From positions 1-52,629 of IMG/VR virus record IMGVR_UViG_3300009494_000004: 52,629 nt of DNA. The stretch is one strand, 5' to 3'. Source of the stretch: a virus. The position numbers and the translations under genes were made by a program. Positions 7,601-16,530 of this stretch are shown piece after piece; the stretch's first letter is position 1, and the number at the start of each line of letters is the position of its first letter. Under the pieces are notes generated by a model, which was not told the origin of the DNA, did no database searches, and worked only from the letters and a program-made list of their open reading frames with translations.

Positions 7601-7890
7601 AGTTCGGAGGCGCGGATGGGGCGTCCGCCAGATTGTGGATAAAATTTCTCGTCCGACAACGTGAATGACATATTCGACGTCTGCCAGCGCTTCGATGTAA
7701 TGTCGATTCCTTCTTTTATAGCGCTCTGCTTGAGGAGTATCGGGTACACCGGCGCGGTGTTCAGTCCGCGCGGCATTGGGCGCATGGAGAAGTAGTACGT
7801 GGATCCGCTGATAGTCACGGCAAGCACGACGTCCCGCTGATGGCCTGCGACGGCGGCGTAGGTTTCAAAAAGGTCGCTACGATCAAGCAT
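4687..7890 (-). CDS. Tail tip / host-specificity fibre protein with a (PS)n linker and two duplicated C-terminal lectin-like modules
   Basis: About 1070 aa and the last large tail gene. A 37-aa PSPS...PEPEP linker is followed by two paralogous ~155-aa modules (GRYI..IPW..MTD..EIGSD.G.I...DHYCLE...ESH.(Y/F)WK). The ATG at 7890 has a GGGGGA Shine-Dalgarno; the track start is 7905. Confidence 0.75.
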   Translation of the reverse strand: MLDRSDLFETYAAVAGHQRDVVLAVTISGSTYYFSMRPMPRGLNTAPVYPILLKQSAIKEGIDITSKRWQTSNMSFTLSDEKFYPQSGGRPIRASELLEDLNGATCKSYQWVDGITDIDDCLLVFDGFVLQSLETDRRTARFTAKDRSKLWDLSVPERVVGDKWPNAPEANLTKPIPLLYGNFDVADIYEDVDNSAVATGLAKAIAYTGALNGYFVVSDYPVTSCGIPYRKTGAFTILPCRAFESNDYDGDVSWIWVGENVVADFYTDKDLPGVYDDESYKEPESEREKLESFMYWLPCNFKDRFADNGTTGEGLALFGVQHEATLKKHLLMGGTVKVGYRLLESVDWPDAELAKLKLWLYYGLDGGDERLLIGYAKNAAAGGTGNDLIALDSLSWKYPNDENPPFVASNVGTEAIGGKWALGVAIHSGTIGGTGVADSVVGNQTVASISGVKLRYILTMPFQHEVWVSARGYTEGGYTIDPATIIKMLYQEFFSLTGDDIDLASFTAAKNPNVDARLNVTQKTKISAITQKLSEQSTFVVSMSGAGKLRCIPLNDKAPTTNAVIRRGELVGDDFKMKKTTFIINDMDVRSRWQGEYGRFLNNDNYTDNDSISLVMKRHASFDWKNVLGTSAQHVAQHYVNSVDGIWSKEHIEVEFVTPGFSHSHLQTGDWVEFHEDIDDLKKAYGASWGDKRLLVTNTEKGTDSVTITAVELYEAALPSPSPSPSPSPSPSPSPSPSPSPSPSPSPSPSPEPEPWGRYIFDVSETPVTIPWNTLMTDGDTDTEIGSDNGFIEVGDHYCLEFENAVELSIFKTFIANADRALTGPLAGDPRVYISWSDNNSSWTRWGIEVRGSTGGIIIDGNTVVINGNGSADESHRYWKFWVNIWTGDSAPSPDFGLTELTATVVPDEFPRGRYIQHTPTISWDENVTIPWYEKMTDENLAVEIGSDDGYIAIKDHYCLEWSSAVQLALAASFLINLDREIAYPGLIDGMCRIYYSDDNSVLGWTQWGTTRTVLNGGIDSTSVDTIVIRGDGDGTESHKFWKIIIIETIRDGDGTIGMTELGAQTI
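5626..5736 (-). repeat. Low-complexity (Pro-Ser)n/(Pro-Glu)n linker coding repeat, including six tandem GGAGAC hexamers on the plus strand
   Basis: gacggagacggagacggagacggagacggagacgga is read directly. It translates on the minus strand to PSPSPSPS...PEPEP. Confidence 0.85.
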
Positions 7891-7892
7891 GT

Positions 7893-9920
7893 CTACATCC
7901 CCCATGTTCCGTAGTTGGTTTTCGTGGCCGCGTATCGTGTTGACACATCGGCGTCGGTGAGGGCTGTTCCCTTAATAACGTGTATTTCGTCTATTTTGCT
8001 GGTACCATCCTGGTACGTACCTACGAACATATAAACGCCGGTCGTCTCGTGTATATCGCCGGTTACCGTGGAAATATCACTTTCGTGTACAAACGTGCCA
8101 TCTACGTAGGTGCGCATCGTATTATTAGTGCGACTTACAGACATCGTCAACAGGTGGTATTTTCCGTCGTTTACAGCGGGTCCGTGTCCTTGATCTAAAA
8201 TTTGGGCAACATTGTCCCCGACGACGACGATTATCTTGGTTCCGTTAACGGCTAAGACAAACCCACCAGTGGAGCAATTGAAGTGATTGACTGATCGACG
8301 AAACACGCCCAGATGCGCGCCGGTCATGGCTACCCACGCCTCGATAGAAAAATTGTCGGTTTCCATGTTGAATTCGATTCGATCCGTACTGGTCATTCTC
8401 AGGTATTTTCCGCCCGTCAAGTCTACCACGGACGTGCCTCGTTCGAGGACACCGTGCTCATATACGACTGAACCGCCTATTATGTCGTTCCAATCGTAAC
8501 CGTTCATGCTGGAATCCATCCAATCATTACGAAACCGCCACAGAGCGAATGTATCCGCCATCGACGTCAGACTTCCCTCCGAATACGGCACACGCTCGAA
8601 TCCCATCTCTCTCAGCAGCAGTCGGGGTTTGCGGTATTCGCCCATGAATCTGTTCTCCGCGAGCGGTGAGTCGAACGTCACCGCGTAAAATGCGTCTGAA
8701 CCAAGTTCCGTCTTCATAATGACAGGCAAGTTACCGCCGCGCGACGCCTTGTACGCGCTAAACAGGTTTGTCCATTGCCCGGTATCGCCCGTCAGATCGA
8801 ATCTCCGCTCAATCATCCGCTGTCCGCCGACGCCCGCTGACGACGAAAATCTGTGACCGGACCTCGTGACGGATACGTTATTGCGATACAGACGCTTGTT
8901 GTTTTCTGGATGTTGATGCGACCAGGGGAGCGAATAGTCGTTAAGTGTCCATACGGCGGACACTTCCGGGTACAGGCCTACAGGCGCGACATCGAAATTA
9001 TTGAACGTTACTCTCCAATACCGGGCGGCGGTCGGCTCGAACGCGGATAGCACGACGGCGCGGTATTCGTGGTCGAACTCCACGGCGTCCAACGGGATGT
9101 AGGTTACGTCGTCCACGCTGAAGGCGATCTGCCACGTCTTTCCTCCAAAGTCATACATTTCATTGTAGTTGTGTAGCCACAGCGCCAGCGCGTCGACCGT
9201 TTTTTCGGCACCGAGGTCTATATATAGCGAATTAGTTCCCCGGTCGTCTGGCATCCACCACGTGTCGGGGTTGTTGTCGAGCGCGTATTTCGCGTCATGA
9301 CCGAACTCATGCCCGGTTACGTTCCGTCCGTTCGTTATTACGGGTACGGCGTCTACAGGGGCGTAGAGGTTGCCCGGCGTTACATGCGACGGCGCGTACA
9401 GGTATTCCGCGTATAGGCACCAGTTATAGTGGTTGGCTGCGCCGAGGTCGCCCAGCGGGTCGTTGAACGCGGTCTCCGCGTCCGCAACCGCTTTGCCGTC
9501 GTTTGAGGTGGGATCAACGACATAAAAGACCCTCAACCCATAGCCCGCGTCCGACGTATCGTATGATATAAGCGCCAACGCCTTCTTGCCCGCTGTGAGC
9601 GAAAGGTTGCATCCCACACTGCACCACTCCCCGTTGTGGTGTCCTTGGTCTGAGATTGTAATTTCTGGCGATATGGCCTCCACAGTCCAGTTTTCCTCGT
9701 CAGGGTTGGATGCGTCGTAGACGGCTATTTTCACGTGAGCGAAAGTAGCATTTTCCCACCGAAGGCGCGCCCATACTTTTGTCACGACGCACGCGGGGAC
9801 ATCTGCGTCCCACGCGCTCACGATTGAGTCAACGTCGAAGTGACCGAATTCCATCAACGCAGTTATTTCGTTCTGCTGGCTCCAGATTTCATACGAGGTG
9901 TTGCCGAACGTCGCTTCCAT
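7893..9920 (-). CDS. Tail protein with a discoidin (F5/8 type C)-like domain and a C-terminal LamG/concanavalin-like lectin domain
   Basis: ALDNNPDTWW...SLYIDLG...ARYWRVTF resembles discoidin domains. FSIEAWV...GGFVLAVNG...DGKYHLLTMSV...YVDG resembles LamG. The ATG at 9920 overlaps the upstream TGA by 1 nt (TGATG); the track start is 10031. Confidence 0.65.
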   Translation of the reverse strand: MEATFGNTSYEIWSQQNEITALMEFGHFDVDSIVSAWDADVPACVVTKVWARLRWENATFAHVKIAVYDASNPDEENWTVEAISPEITISDQGHHNGEWCSVGCNLSLTAGKKALALISYDTSDAGYGLRVFYVVDPTSNDGKAVADAETAFNDPLGDLGAANHYNWCLYAEYLYAPSHVTPGNLYAPVDAVPVITNGRNVTGHEFGHDAKYALDNNPDTWWMPDDRGTNSLYIDLGAEKTVDALALWLHNYNEMYDFGGKTWQIAFSVDDVTYIPLDAVEFDHEYRAVVLSAFEPTAARYWRVTFNNFDVAPVGLYPEVSAVWTLNDYSLPWSHQHPENNKRLYRNNVSVTRSGHRFSSSAGVGGQRMIERRFDLTGDTGQWTNLFSAYKASRGGNLPVIMKTELGSDAFYAVTFDSPLAENRFMGEYRKPRLLLREMGFERVPYSEGSLTSMADTFALWRFRNDWMDSSMNGYDWNDIIGGSVVYEHGVLERGTSVVDLTGGKYLRMTSTDRIEFNMETDNFSIEAWVAMTGAHLGVFRRSVNHFNCSTGGFVLAVNGTKIIVVVGDNVAQILDQGHGPAVNDGKYHLLTMSVSRTNNTMRTYVDGTFVHESDISTVTGDIHETTGVYMFVGTYQDGTSKIDEIHVIKGTALTDADVSTRYAATKTNYGTWGM

Positions 9921-10768
9921 CAGTGGTATCCGTCCTTCCCTATCAACGGCAGTTCGACGAATTTCATCGTCATCTCGTATATATCCGTATTCACGAGCGT
10001 TTCTTCCGTCTGGTCGGAACCGAATACGCAAAGCCTGCGGACGTCGTCGACGTCTATCAACGTGAACGGTATCCGTGCACCGTTGCAGGCACGTACGAAA
10101 CTAAGTATTACGTCAAATTCATCGGCGTCAAACATGAACGTCGCCGTCATTTTCGTAGTCGGGTTTATGCTCCATCCGGTACGGAACTGCCGTCCGCCCA
10201 CCATCTTCAACGTGCTTTTCGGATACTCAAGCAAGTCGTTTGTCGGTATCGCACGCCCCCGATCAAACTCGTAAAACTTGAACAACCAGCACATACTGAC
10301 CCTTGCGTCGTTCGGCGCGTAGTAGCCCGGCGATTCGGTTCCTTCGATAGTGAATCTCCAGTATCTTGATGCTACGGACGCGGGGTCGTTTTCGGCGTCC
10401 ACGAAGTACCGCAGCTTAATCGCATGCGTATCGTCGCCAAGATCGTCCGGGCTGTCCGTGCCATCGCTGTTGAAAGCGAGATCGATTGGCGTCCAGCCGG
10501 TTCCGCTACACGACCGCTCGACGGTGATGTCGAGGCTGCCGGTTTCGTCGTCCGTTTCGTGGTGCACGAAACTGAAGCCGTCGCATTCGGTGACGGAACC
10601 GAGGTCAACAGTGAGCGTATGCTGTGCGGATGCCTCGTTTGCCTGCCAGGCAAAGTTCGCCTCAAGGGGCGATACGGCGTGTCCCGCTGGATGTCCGGTT
10701 GCCTCACTTGACGCCGCCGTTACTATAGCAGCAACCATCGGATCGTATGTATGCAGCTTAGTCAACAT
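9920..10768 (-). CDS. Distal-tail-like protein (position after the tape measure) with an SRYWRFTIEG lectin-like motif
   Basis: 282-aa ORF immediately downstream of the tape measure gene, with an 11-nt overlap. The functional assignment rests on synteny only. Confidence 0.5.
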   Translation of the reverse strand: MLTKLHTYDPMVAAIVTAASSEATGHPAGHAVSPLEANFAWQANEASAQHTLTVDLGSVTECDGFSFVHHETDDETGSLDITVERSCSGTGWTPIDLAFNSDGTDSPDDLGDDTHAIKLRYFVDAENDPASVASRYWRFTIEGTESPGYYAPNDARVSMCWLFKFYEFDRGRAIPTNDLLEYPKSTLKMVGGRQFRTGWSINPTTKMTATFMFDADEFDVILSFVRACNGARIPFTLIDVDDVRRLCVFGSDQTEETLVNTDIYEMTMKFVELPLIGKDGYH

Positions 10769-13031
10769 CTACGTCAAGGCCTCCGGTTACGTTTCTTTCG
10801 CTCACGGTAAGAAGCGACCGTCCGTCGTTCACGAGTTTTTGCAACGTAGGGGCAAGCTCTTTTTCAACGTAATCCGTGGACATAACGTTACCCGATATAT
10901 CCACGTTAAGCACAACCATACTACCGCTTCCGTTACCACTACTGTTGCCCGCTGCCGGGATATTCATTTGCCCTACGCCAACCGCAAGCTCCCCGCCTCC
11001 GGCGGCCTCTTCGGTCACTCCGCGCGTGAAATGACGCATGAAGTCACGCCCCTGATCCGCGGCCATTCTGTCGTTCGCGGTCGTATCGAATAGGCTACCG
11101 AGCATACCAAGTATACCGCTGCCAGTCTTAAAACTGCCGACAAGTTCAAGCGCTACGGACTTCAATACCGCGTTGACAAACAGGTTAATAAAGTCAGCCG
11201 CCATATTTTTGAATATGCCGCGCGACTTTGTTTCCATGACGGTGAGCGTCCCTATCGCGTTAGTGACCGCGCCTTGTACGGAAGTCTCCAAACTGGTGAC
11301 AAACGTTTGCACCGGCCATATCATACGTTCGTACGTTTCGGCCCATATTTGCTCTTTTGTCGCCGCGTACCCCTTGTCGAGACTTTCCAGTTCGGCAAGG
11401 TGGACCGCATGCAGGTTCTCTGACGCAATTTTGCGTTCTTCGTCCGTCAGTTGAAGAGTATCATCCAGCGCGATAACGGATTCCCGATATTCTTGGTTGA
11501 GTTGGCGTCGTTCGCGCTGATACTGCTGTTCACGATCCGTCAAATTAAGAATGTTCGCCTCAAAGGCTACCAGTTCCACATCGGCGAGTTCTTTTGCACG
11601 TGTTTTCGCGGACTCGATACGCTGTTTTTCAAGTGATTTGTCAAACGCGGCCCAATGGTCAAAAGTCTTCTGCTGCGCCTCGTTGGCTTTACCGATAATG
11701 TCAGCAATATCGCGACCGGCGTCACTATCGCCTCCCCCGCTATCGACATCATCGGGCTTCTGACCGATATTTGCATAAGCGGCTGCGATATTCTGCGCGT
11801 GCTGGAGGACGGCAGCGTCGATATCCGCAAGGTCTTTTTCTGTGTCTTCCCAACTGGCTTTGAATCCGTCGAATACGTGGTCCATCTCGTAACCCGCTTG
11901 CGCCCATGCGGTCAAATCGGTCGGATTCTTCAGAGCGGTGAACAACGCCTCCGCTGCGGTGACTACGGAGTTTATCGGATCGACAAACGAAACTTTCCAC
12001 ATTCGCGTTGATATTTGGCCGAGGTTATGCGTAACTTTCGCGCCAAGTATAAGGCCGGATGTAAGTATAGCGATGTCCGCAGCGAGGGTCTGTACGTCCT
12101 CGACGCTATCGCCCTTGAACGCCGCCGTCAGTTCTTTAGTAACGTTTTTGGCTTCGGTTACCAATATGCCAAGCGTCGGCGTGAGGTACGAACCGACCGC
12201 GACCTGCAAATCCTGAATGTAGCGGGGAAACGAACGCAGCTGCTTGGAGACGTGTTGCATGGCCGTCTCGTACGCGCCCGCTATGAGATCGCCCTTTTCA
12301 AATATCGCGTTAAGCATCGCTTGCTTCTTCTGCGTTTCAGTTAAGCTTGTGGCCGTAACGCCGAGTTCGCTCGAATACGCTTTATATACTTGGCGGAGGT
12401 TGAGGACAATACCAAGCTGCTTTAGCTGGCGCGGCATCAACTTGGCCGTAGAATCGATGAGCATCTGGAACGCCTCGGACGAGTTTGTCTGGCCTATCGT
12501 CGCGGCGTCCTGGGCAATTTTGCCGAGTTTCACGGCGTCCGTAAAGCTGATCTGCGCCTGCGCCGACCGCAGAAGCGCCTGATTCGCCTCTTTCTGCGCG
12601 ATGCCGCTTTTCCGCAGCGATGTGACGTAACCGTCGATCTGCTCAGTGGAATAGCCCGCTTTCTGCCCGACGAAATTAAGTACCGCGCCGAGTTCTTCGA
12701 CGTTTGCCGCGACCATTGTTGCTTCGCCGATTTCGCTGACAAGCCACTTGAAACCGCTGGCGAGTTTAGATATCGTCTTCTCGAATACAGACGCCGCGAG
12801 GTTGCCTATCGCGATGCCGTTCGTGAACTTCGTGAATACCTTTGCGCTCTTCTCCCCCACCGTAGATAGCTGCTTGACCTGGCGTGTCAGCTTCTTGATC
12901 TCGTTCTGCGACTTGACCATTTGCGGACCACCGAGGGCATTTAGCTCCTTACGGAGACGCTTGATTTTTGCGGACGCCCGTTCTTTCGCTTCGAATACGA
13001 GGGCGAATTTCTGTTCGCTGGTCGCTGCCAT
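10758..13031 (-). CDS. Tail tape measure protein
   Basis: 757 aa, Ala/Gln/Lys-rich helical sequence with a glycine-rich C-terminal region. It occupies the canonical position after the chaperone pair. Confidence 0.8.
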   Translation of the reverse strand: MAATSEQKFALVFEAKERASAKIKRLRKELNALGGPQMVKSQNEIKKLTRQVKQLSTVGEKSAKVFTKFTNGIAIGNLAASVFEKTISKLASGFKWLVSEIGEATMVAANVEELGAVLNFVGQKAGYSTEQIDGYVTSLRKSGIAQKEANQALLRSAQAQISFTDAVKLGKIAQDAATIGQTNSSEAFQMLIDSTAKLMPRQLKQLGIVLNLRQVYKAYSSELGVTATSLTETQKKQAMLNAIFEKGDLIAGAYETAMQHVSKQLRSFPRYIQDLQVAVGSYLTPTLGILVTEAKNVTKELTAAFKGDSVEDVQTLAADIAILTSGLILGAKVTHNLGQISTRMWKVSFVDPINSVVTAAEALFTALKNPTDLTAWAQAGYEMDHVFDGFKASWEDTEKDLADIDAAVLQHAQNIAAAYANIGQKPDDVDSGGGDSDAGRDIADIIGKANEAQQKTFDHWAAFDKSLEKQRIESAKTRAKELADVELVAFEANILNLTDREQQYQRERRQLNQEYRESVIALDDTLQLTDEERKIASENLHAVHLAELESLDKGYAATKEQIWAETYERMIWPVQTFVTSLETSVQGAVTNAIGTLTVMETKSRGIFKNMAADFINLFVNAVLKSVALELVGSFKTGSGILGMLGSLFDTTANDRMAADQGRDFMRHFTRGVTEEAAGGGELAVGVGQMNIPAAGNSSGNGSGSMVVLNVDISGNVMSTDYVEKELAPTLQKLVNDGRSLLTVSERNVTGGLDVDVD

Positions 13032-13033
13032 TA

Positions 13034-13537
13034 TTATCTTTTGCTTCTATTTATATTGGCTATCAATTGTTGCTGTTTTCGCTCGTCGCGGTTTGCATGT
13101 TCGCGTTTAATCCGCGTTATCTCGCCGTCAATAATGTCGCACGCATCAACCCAGAACGCCGGAAGGTTCTGGTAGGATTCGAATGTCTCATTCTGCGTTC
13201 CGTTTATTCGTGAGTAAAGATACCACAGCTTGCGCGACAGCGGCGTCGCTATAGAAGATATGCATACGCTGTAGTAGTTGACAAGGCAACTCCAAATTGG
13301 TGTTTGCTTGCCGGTCTCCCTGCGGACGGCTTCGACAATCTTCCACCATTCGTCAGAGGTAACACGTACGTCGGGCATATTCTGCCCGCGCGCCGTTATT
13401 TTTCCGTCTCTGTCTGGATAGAAGAAGCAAGCGCGTTGTCCGGTCCGGCATTTTTCTCCGCATTCCCCGCCGACCCCGGAGTAGGCTGCTCCGGCGAGGA
13501 GTTTGAGTTTCCCCGTTCGTCCGTTGTCATGCCACAA
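13034..13537 (-). CDS. gpT-like reading frame: either a -1 frameshift extension of the tail assembly chaperone, or an independent gene starting at the ATG at 13378
   Basis: This ORF overlaps the 3' 142 nt of 13396..13812 in the -1 frame. A-rich tracts (GGAAAAATAA at 13405..13396, GAGAAAAAT at about 13457..13449) lie in the overlap. Confidence 0.45.
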   Translation of the reverse strand: MWHDNGRTGKLKLLAGAAYSGVGGECGEKCRTGQRACFFYPDRDGKITARGQNMPDVRVTSDEWWKIVEAVRRETGKQTPIWSCLVNYYSVCISSIATPLSRKLWYLYSRINGTQNETFESYQNLPAFWVDACDIIDGEITRIKREHANRDERKQQQLIANINRSKR

Positions 13538-13812
13538 TGGTCCACGACAGCATCGATGATTTCTTTAAGCTGCCCGTAGTCGAGCGTCCCAAGCAAATCC
13601 ATCGGCGGTTCATCAAACCCTTCAATTTTGGTGATAACGCTCGCTATAAGTTCCGAAAGGTTTCTCCAGCTTCCGGGTTTCTGCTCTTTGCCCATAATGT
13701 CGACAAGCAAATCTTCTTTTTGAAGGGCCGATAGGCCCATAATGTGGATTTTCACGTCGCCGCATACGGTTACGACGCGCGTTCTCTCCTTATTGATGAA
13801 ATTCAGCGGCAT
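13396..13812 (-). CDS. Tail assembly chaperone (gpG-like)
   Basis: 138-aa acidic protein between the tail tube gene and the tape measure, with ACGGAG 7 nt upstream of the ATG. Confidence 0.55.
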   Translation of the reverse strand: MPLNFINKERTRVVTVCGDVKIHIMGLSALQKEDLLVDIMGKEQKPGSWRNLSELIASVITKIEGFDEPPMDLLGTLDYGQLKEIIDAVVDHCGMTTDERGNSNSSPEQPTPGSAGNAEKNAGPDNALASSIQTETEK

Positions 13813-13840
13813 GTCATTACTCCGTAGAGTTAAAAGTTAA

Positions 13841-13864
13841 CGTCCGTGACCGTAGCCACGGACG
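13841..13864 (-). terminator. Stem-loop downstream of the tail tube gene (candidate attenuating terminator)
   Basis: The minus-strand RNA reads CGUCCGUG-GCUACGGU-CACGGACG followed by UUAACUUUUAAC. The 8-bp stem is GC-rich. Confidence 0.45.
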
Positions 13865-13879
13865 CATATTACAAATATC

Positions 13880-14893
13880 TTACGCGGCGGGCCAAGAACG
13901 GTCAACGGCATTTCCGACTACTATCGTTAACATTTCACCGACTGCACCAACCGTATATGTTGACAGCATTTTGCAGTTAAGCGATTCGGCGAGCAGTCCG
14001 TCATCGTCGTACTCAATAGATTCGATTTTGCCCGTTGCTGTCAGGGTGATAGAACCGAAGTCCACGTCGAATTGCACCATTTCGCCCGCTTTATAACTGA
14101 TTATTGCTTCGTCCGCAGTCTCGTCGCGTAACAAGTTTACCTTAAACGAACCGCTGCGCCCCTTTAGGCCAAAACCTTCAAAACTATTTGTCGGGTTGTG
14201 TCCCAACTTCTCTACTTCGTGCGCAACTTCCATTTCGAACGAACGGAGTGTAACCGCTACCGGCGACGCGAGCGCAGCGCCTTTCGTGAGCGTTGCGCTT
14301 GTGATATCGTTGAAGTAAACCAGCCCCGTACCGTCTCTCGGCGTCCAAGTCCCCGACGGGTTGGCATCGCTGTCGTCCGTCCCCAGCGAATGCCAGTCCG
14401 TCTCGAACTTAAGCAGGCCGTCGCGTTCGGCTGAAAACTTGAGCCTTGACGCTATACACCCGCCCATTAACTGCGACGTCGACGCCGCCGGAAGGCGTTT
14501 GACGAACGTCAGGAAATGACCGCCGTCGGCGTCAAAGTCCGGATGTGTTGCGAAGAGCGTGAACGTTTTCGTGAAATCCGTGTCCCCCTGCTCGACGACC
14601 TTTTGAGTCATTGCGTAGATGAATTGATCGATGTCATTCAGATCGACCGGGCCGTTTATCGGAAACTTCGCGGACGAACCGACGACGCTGTGTGCCGTCG
14701 TTTGGTCAACGGGATTCTGTGACCCGTGTTGCGCGGGTAGCTCGTGAATCATCACGTCGGGGTCGACATCGAACGGATCGCACGTAATTTCCTCGAATGC
14801 TTCGCCCACCGCTATTGGCGTAATGAAGGTTGCCTGCTCCGCGTAGCCGACCCTTACCTGTCTGCTTTCGTATACCGTTCCCACGTCACTCAA
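13880..14893 (-). CDS. Major tail (tube) protein candidate
   Basis: Its position before the chaperones, and the stem-loop that follows, support this call. The TTG at 14893 has GAGGAG 7 nt upstream, and a GTG at 14884 is an alternative. The track start at 14968 would overlap the upstream gene by 83 nt. Confidence 0.5.
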   Translation of the reverse strand: MSDVGTVYESRQVRVGYAEQATFITPIAVGEAFEEITCDPFDVDPDVMIHELPAQHGSQNPVDQTTAHSVVGSSAKFPINGPVDLNDIDQFIYAMTQKVVEQGDTDFTKTFTLFATHPDFDADGGHFLTFVKRLPAASTSQLMGGCIASRLKFSAERDGLLKFETDWHSLGTDDSDANPSGTWTPRDGTGLVYFNDITSATLTKGAALASPVAVTLRSFEMEVAHEVEKLGHNPTNSFEGFGLKGRSGSFKVNLLRDETADEAIISYKAGEMVQFDVDFGSITLTATGKIESIEYDDDGLLAESLNCKMLSTYTVGAVGEMLTIVVGNAVDRSWPAA

Positions 14894-15293
14894 TGAAATT
14901 CTCCTCGCCTCGGTCGGCTTCGTTATCGACCGGATCGTCGTCGTCCGCGTCGTCGGTTTCGTCGTCAATTCGATCAGCGGTTTGGATACCGATCGGTTCG
15001 TTTTCAGCGGTTACGGTGTCGTCCGGGTCGTCGACTGTTACCGTGTCCTCAGCCAGGACGATTCTACTGGCGACTTTATCCTGCATACTTCGCGGACCGT
15101 CGTCTTTCTTTTTCGCCTTCTGCACAAGTCCGGCCTGAATCATCTTCAGGGCCACGTGCTCCTCCAGTTCCTCGGTGTAGCCAAGTTGAAGTTCGCGGAT
15201 CACTATGGGCGCGAGGTGATATCTCCGCGCGATACGTTGCAACTTTTTCTGGTTCAGGCGGTCGGTTTTGACGACCTTAATCGTTTTGGTCAT
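14886..15293 (-). CDS. Hypothetical protein with a strongly acidic C-terminal half
   Basis: 135-aa ORF ending in a DDETDDADDDDPVDNEADRGEE tail. Confidence 0.5.
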   Translation of the reverse strand: MTKTIKVVKTDRLNQKKLQRIARRYHLAPIVIRELQLGYTEELEEHVALKMIQAGLVQKAKKKDDGPRSMQDKVASRIVLAEDTVTVDDPDDTVTAENEPIGIQTADRIDDETDDADDDDPVDNEADRGEENFIE

Positions 15294-15717
15294 AAAATTC
15301 TACCTTATGTATGTTTACGTTTATTTGCGCTCCAGTCGTCCCACTGGACGAATGCTCGATATTGTAGGCGACGCCGGGTACGTCGAACACGCGGTATCCG
15401 CCGCCGAGATCAATGTTCTCCCTTATCTTCCGTATCACCGCGTCGGTCAGTGTCATGTTCAGCGCCGTATCGACCGGGCCGAGTCTGTAAGCGGTATGGA
15501 CGCGCACCGACAGAACGACGTTTCTGTTATCGATAAGCTCCTGCGAGTTGATTGCGGCGTCGCCATCAAGCGGCGCGTCGGCTTCCGCTTCAACGCTAAG
15601 AGACGGCGTAACAAGTGCGGCCTTCTCGTGCGTAACGTATACGGTAGACGCTGTAAATTCGTCCATTGTTATAAGCAGCGCCACTATTTTCGCATGTGCC
15701 GTATTCGATGCGCTCAT
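15277..15717 (-). CDS. Neck / tail-terminator-region structural protein (function from position only)
   Basis: 146-aa ORF whose ATG overlaps the upstream TAA by 1 nt (TAATG). Confidence 0.45.
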   Translation of the reverse strand: MSASNTAHAKIVALLITMDEFTASTVYVTHEKAALVTPSLSVEAEADAPLDGDAAINSQELIDNRNVVLSVRVHTAYRLGPVDTALNMTLTDAVIRKIRENIDLGGGYRVFDVPGVAYNIEHSSSGTTGAQINVNIHKVEFYDQND

Positions 15718-16124
15718 TAGAACGCCCCTTTCGTCGCTACGTACGTTACTGTCGCGGCGATTCTCGTTGAACTGTACTTGTCGGCGTCGATAAGCGCAAC
15801 CTCCTCTTGCCCGATTATCCGTATTTGTAACGCGCCTATCGCGGCGGCGAGTGCGCCGCCGTATAGCAGGTCTTTCACGGCATCGAGCATTTTCTCGATA
15901 TCGCGTCCCTTCTTCAGCAGGATGACATTGACGTCAAGCTCGTACCGCACATCCGTGGCGTCCTCGACGACTGCCTCTTCCGTTCCCGATATGAGACCCG
16001 CGTACGGCGAGTTTTTCCGCGCTTCGCCCGGCGTCAACAGTGCGCGCGTCGCCTTAGTGACGGCGGATAGTGACTGCAACTGCGCAACCAGCGCGTCGAG
16101 CACCGATGTCTTCTTATTCGCCAA
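15717..16124 (-). CDS. Head-tail joining region protein (function from position only)
   Basis: 135-aa ORF with a TTG start preceded by GGAGG at 4 nt. Confidence 0.45.
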   Translation of the reverse strand: MANKKTSVLDALVAQLQSLSAVTKATRALLTPGEARKNSPYAGLISGTEEAVVEDATDVRYELDVNVILLKKGRDIEKMLDAVKDLLYGGALAAAIGALQIRIIGQEEVALIDADKYSSTRIAATVTYVATKGAF

Positions 16125-16125
16125 G

Positions 16126-16530
16126 CTACCTCCAGAATATCTTCGTCATGTAATTTTGCATCAGCTTCCTGACAGCCATTTTCGTACTGATGACTGCTTT
16201 GGAGACGTAACGTTTTTTCGGTATTTTCGTCGCATGGTTCCGTCCGGTCCAGCCGCCAAATTCGTGGATCGCGGCGTAAACGCAATCACTGCCAGCCGAC
16301 ATAACCCATCCCTGGTTCGCGGCGGCTATCTGCCATGACCACGAGTCGTGGAGTCTTCCTGTACGTTTCATCAGCACGCGATTAGACAGGTTGCGCCGAA
16401 TCGCCTTGGTAAGTTTGTCGCCTACTTTAGCAAGCTGTAGCGGTAAATCGCCGAGGTTACGTAGCGCATTCTCCAGCGCGGGGCACTTGAACCGCTTTGG
16501 CTCGGTTTTCATGTAAAAGGTAAGGCTCAT
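16126..16530 (-). CDS. HK97 gp10-like head-tail joining protein
   Basis: CVYAAIHEFGGWTGRN resembles the conserved YA..(H/Q)EFG motif of the HK97-gp10 family. Start is ATGA-coupled. Confidence 0.55.
   Translation of the reverse strand: MSLTFYMKTEPKRFKCPALENALRNLGDLPLQLAKVGDKLTKAIRRNLSNRVLMKRTGRLHDSWSWQIAAANQGWVMSAGSDCVYAAIHEFGGWTGRNHATKIPKKRYVSKAVISTKMAVRKLMQNYMTKIFWR

Noticed and set aside
10350-11093. Long antisense ORFs on the plus strand (10350..11093, 29122..29982, 32258..32932, 33554..34423, 44341..45051, 48866..49834)
   Set aside because: Each lies entirely opposite well-supported minus-strand genes. They are Arg/Ser/Pro/Cys-rich, as expected for the antisense frames of coding DNA. 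They lack ribosome-binding sites and recognisable motifs.
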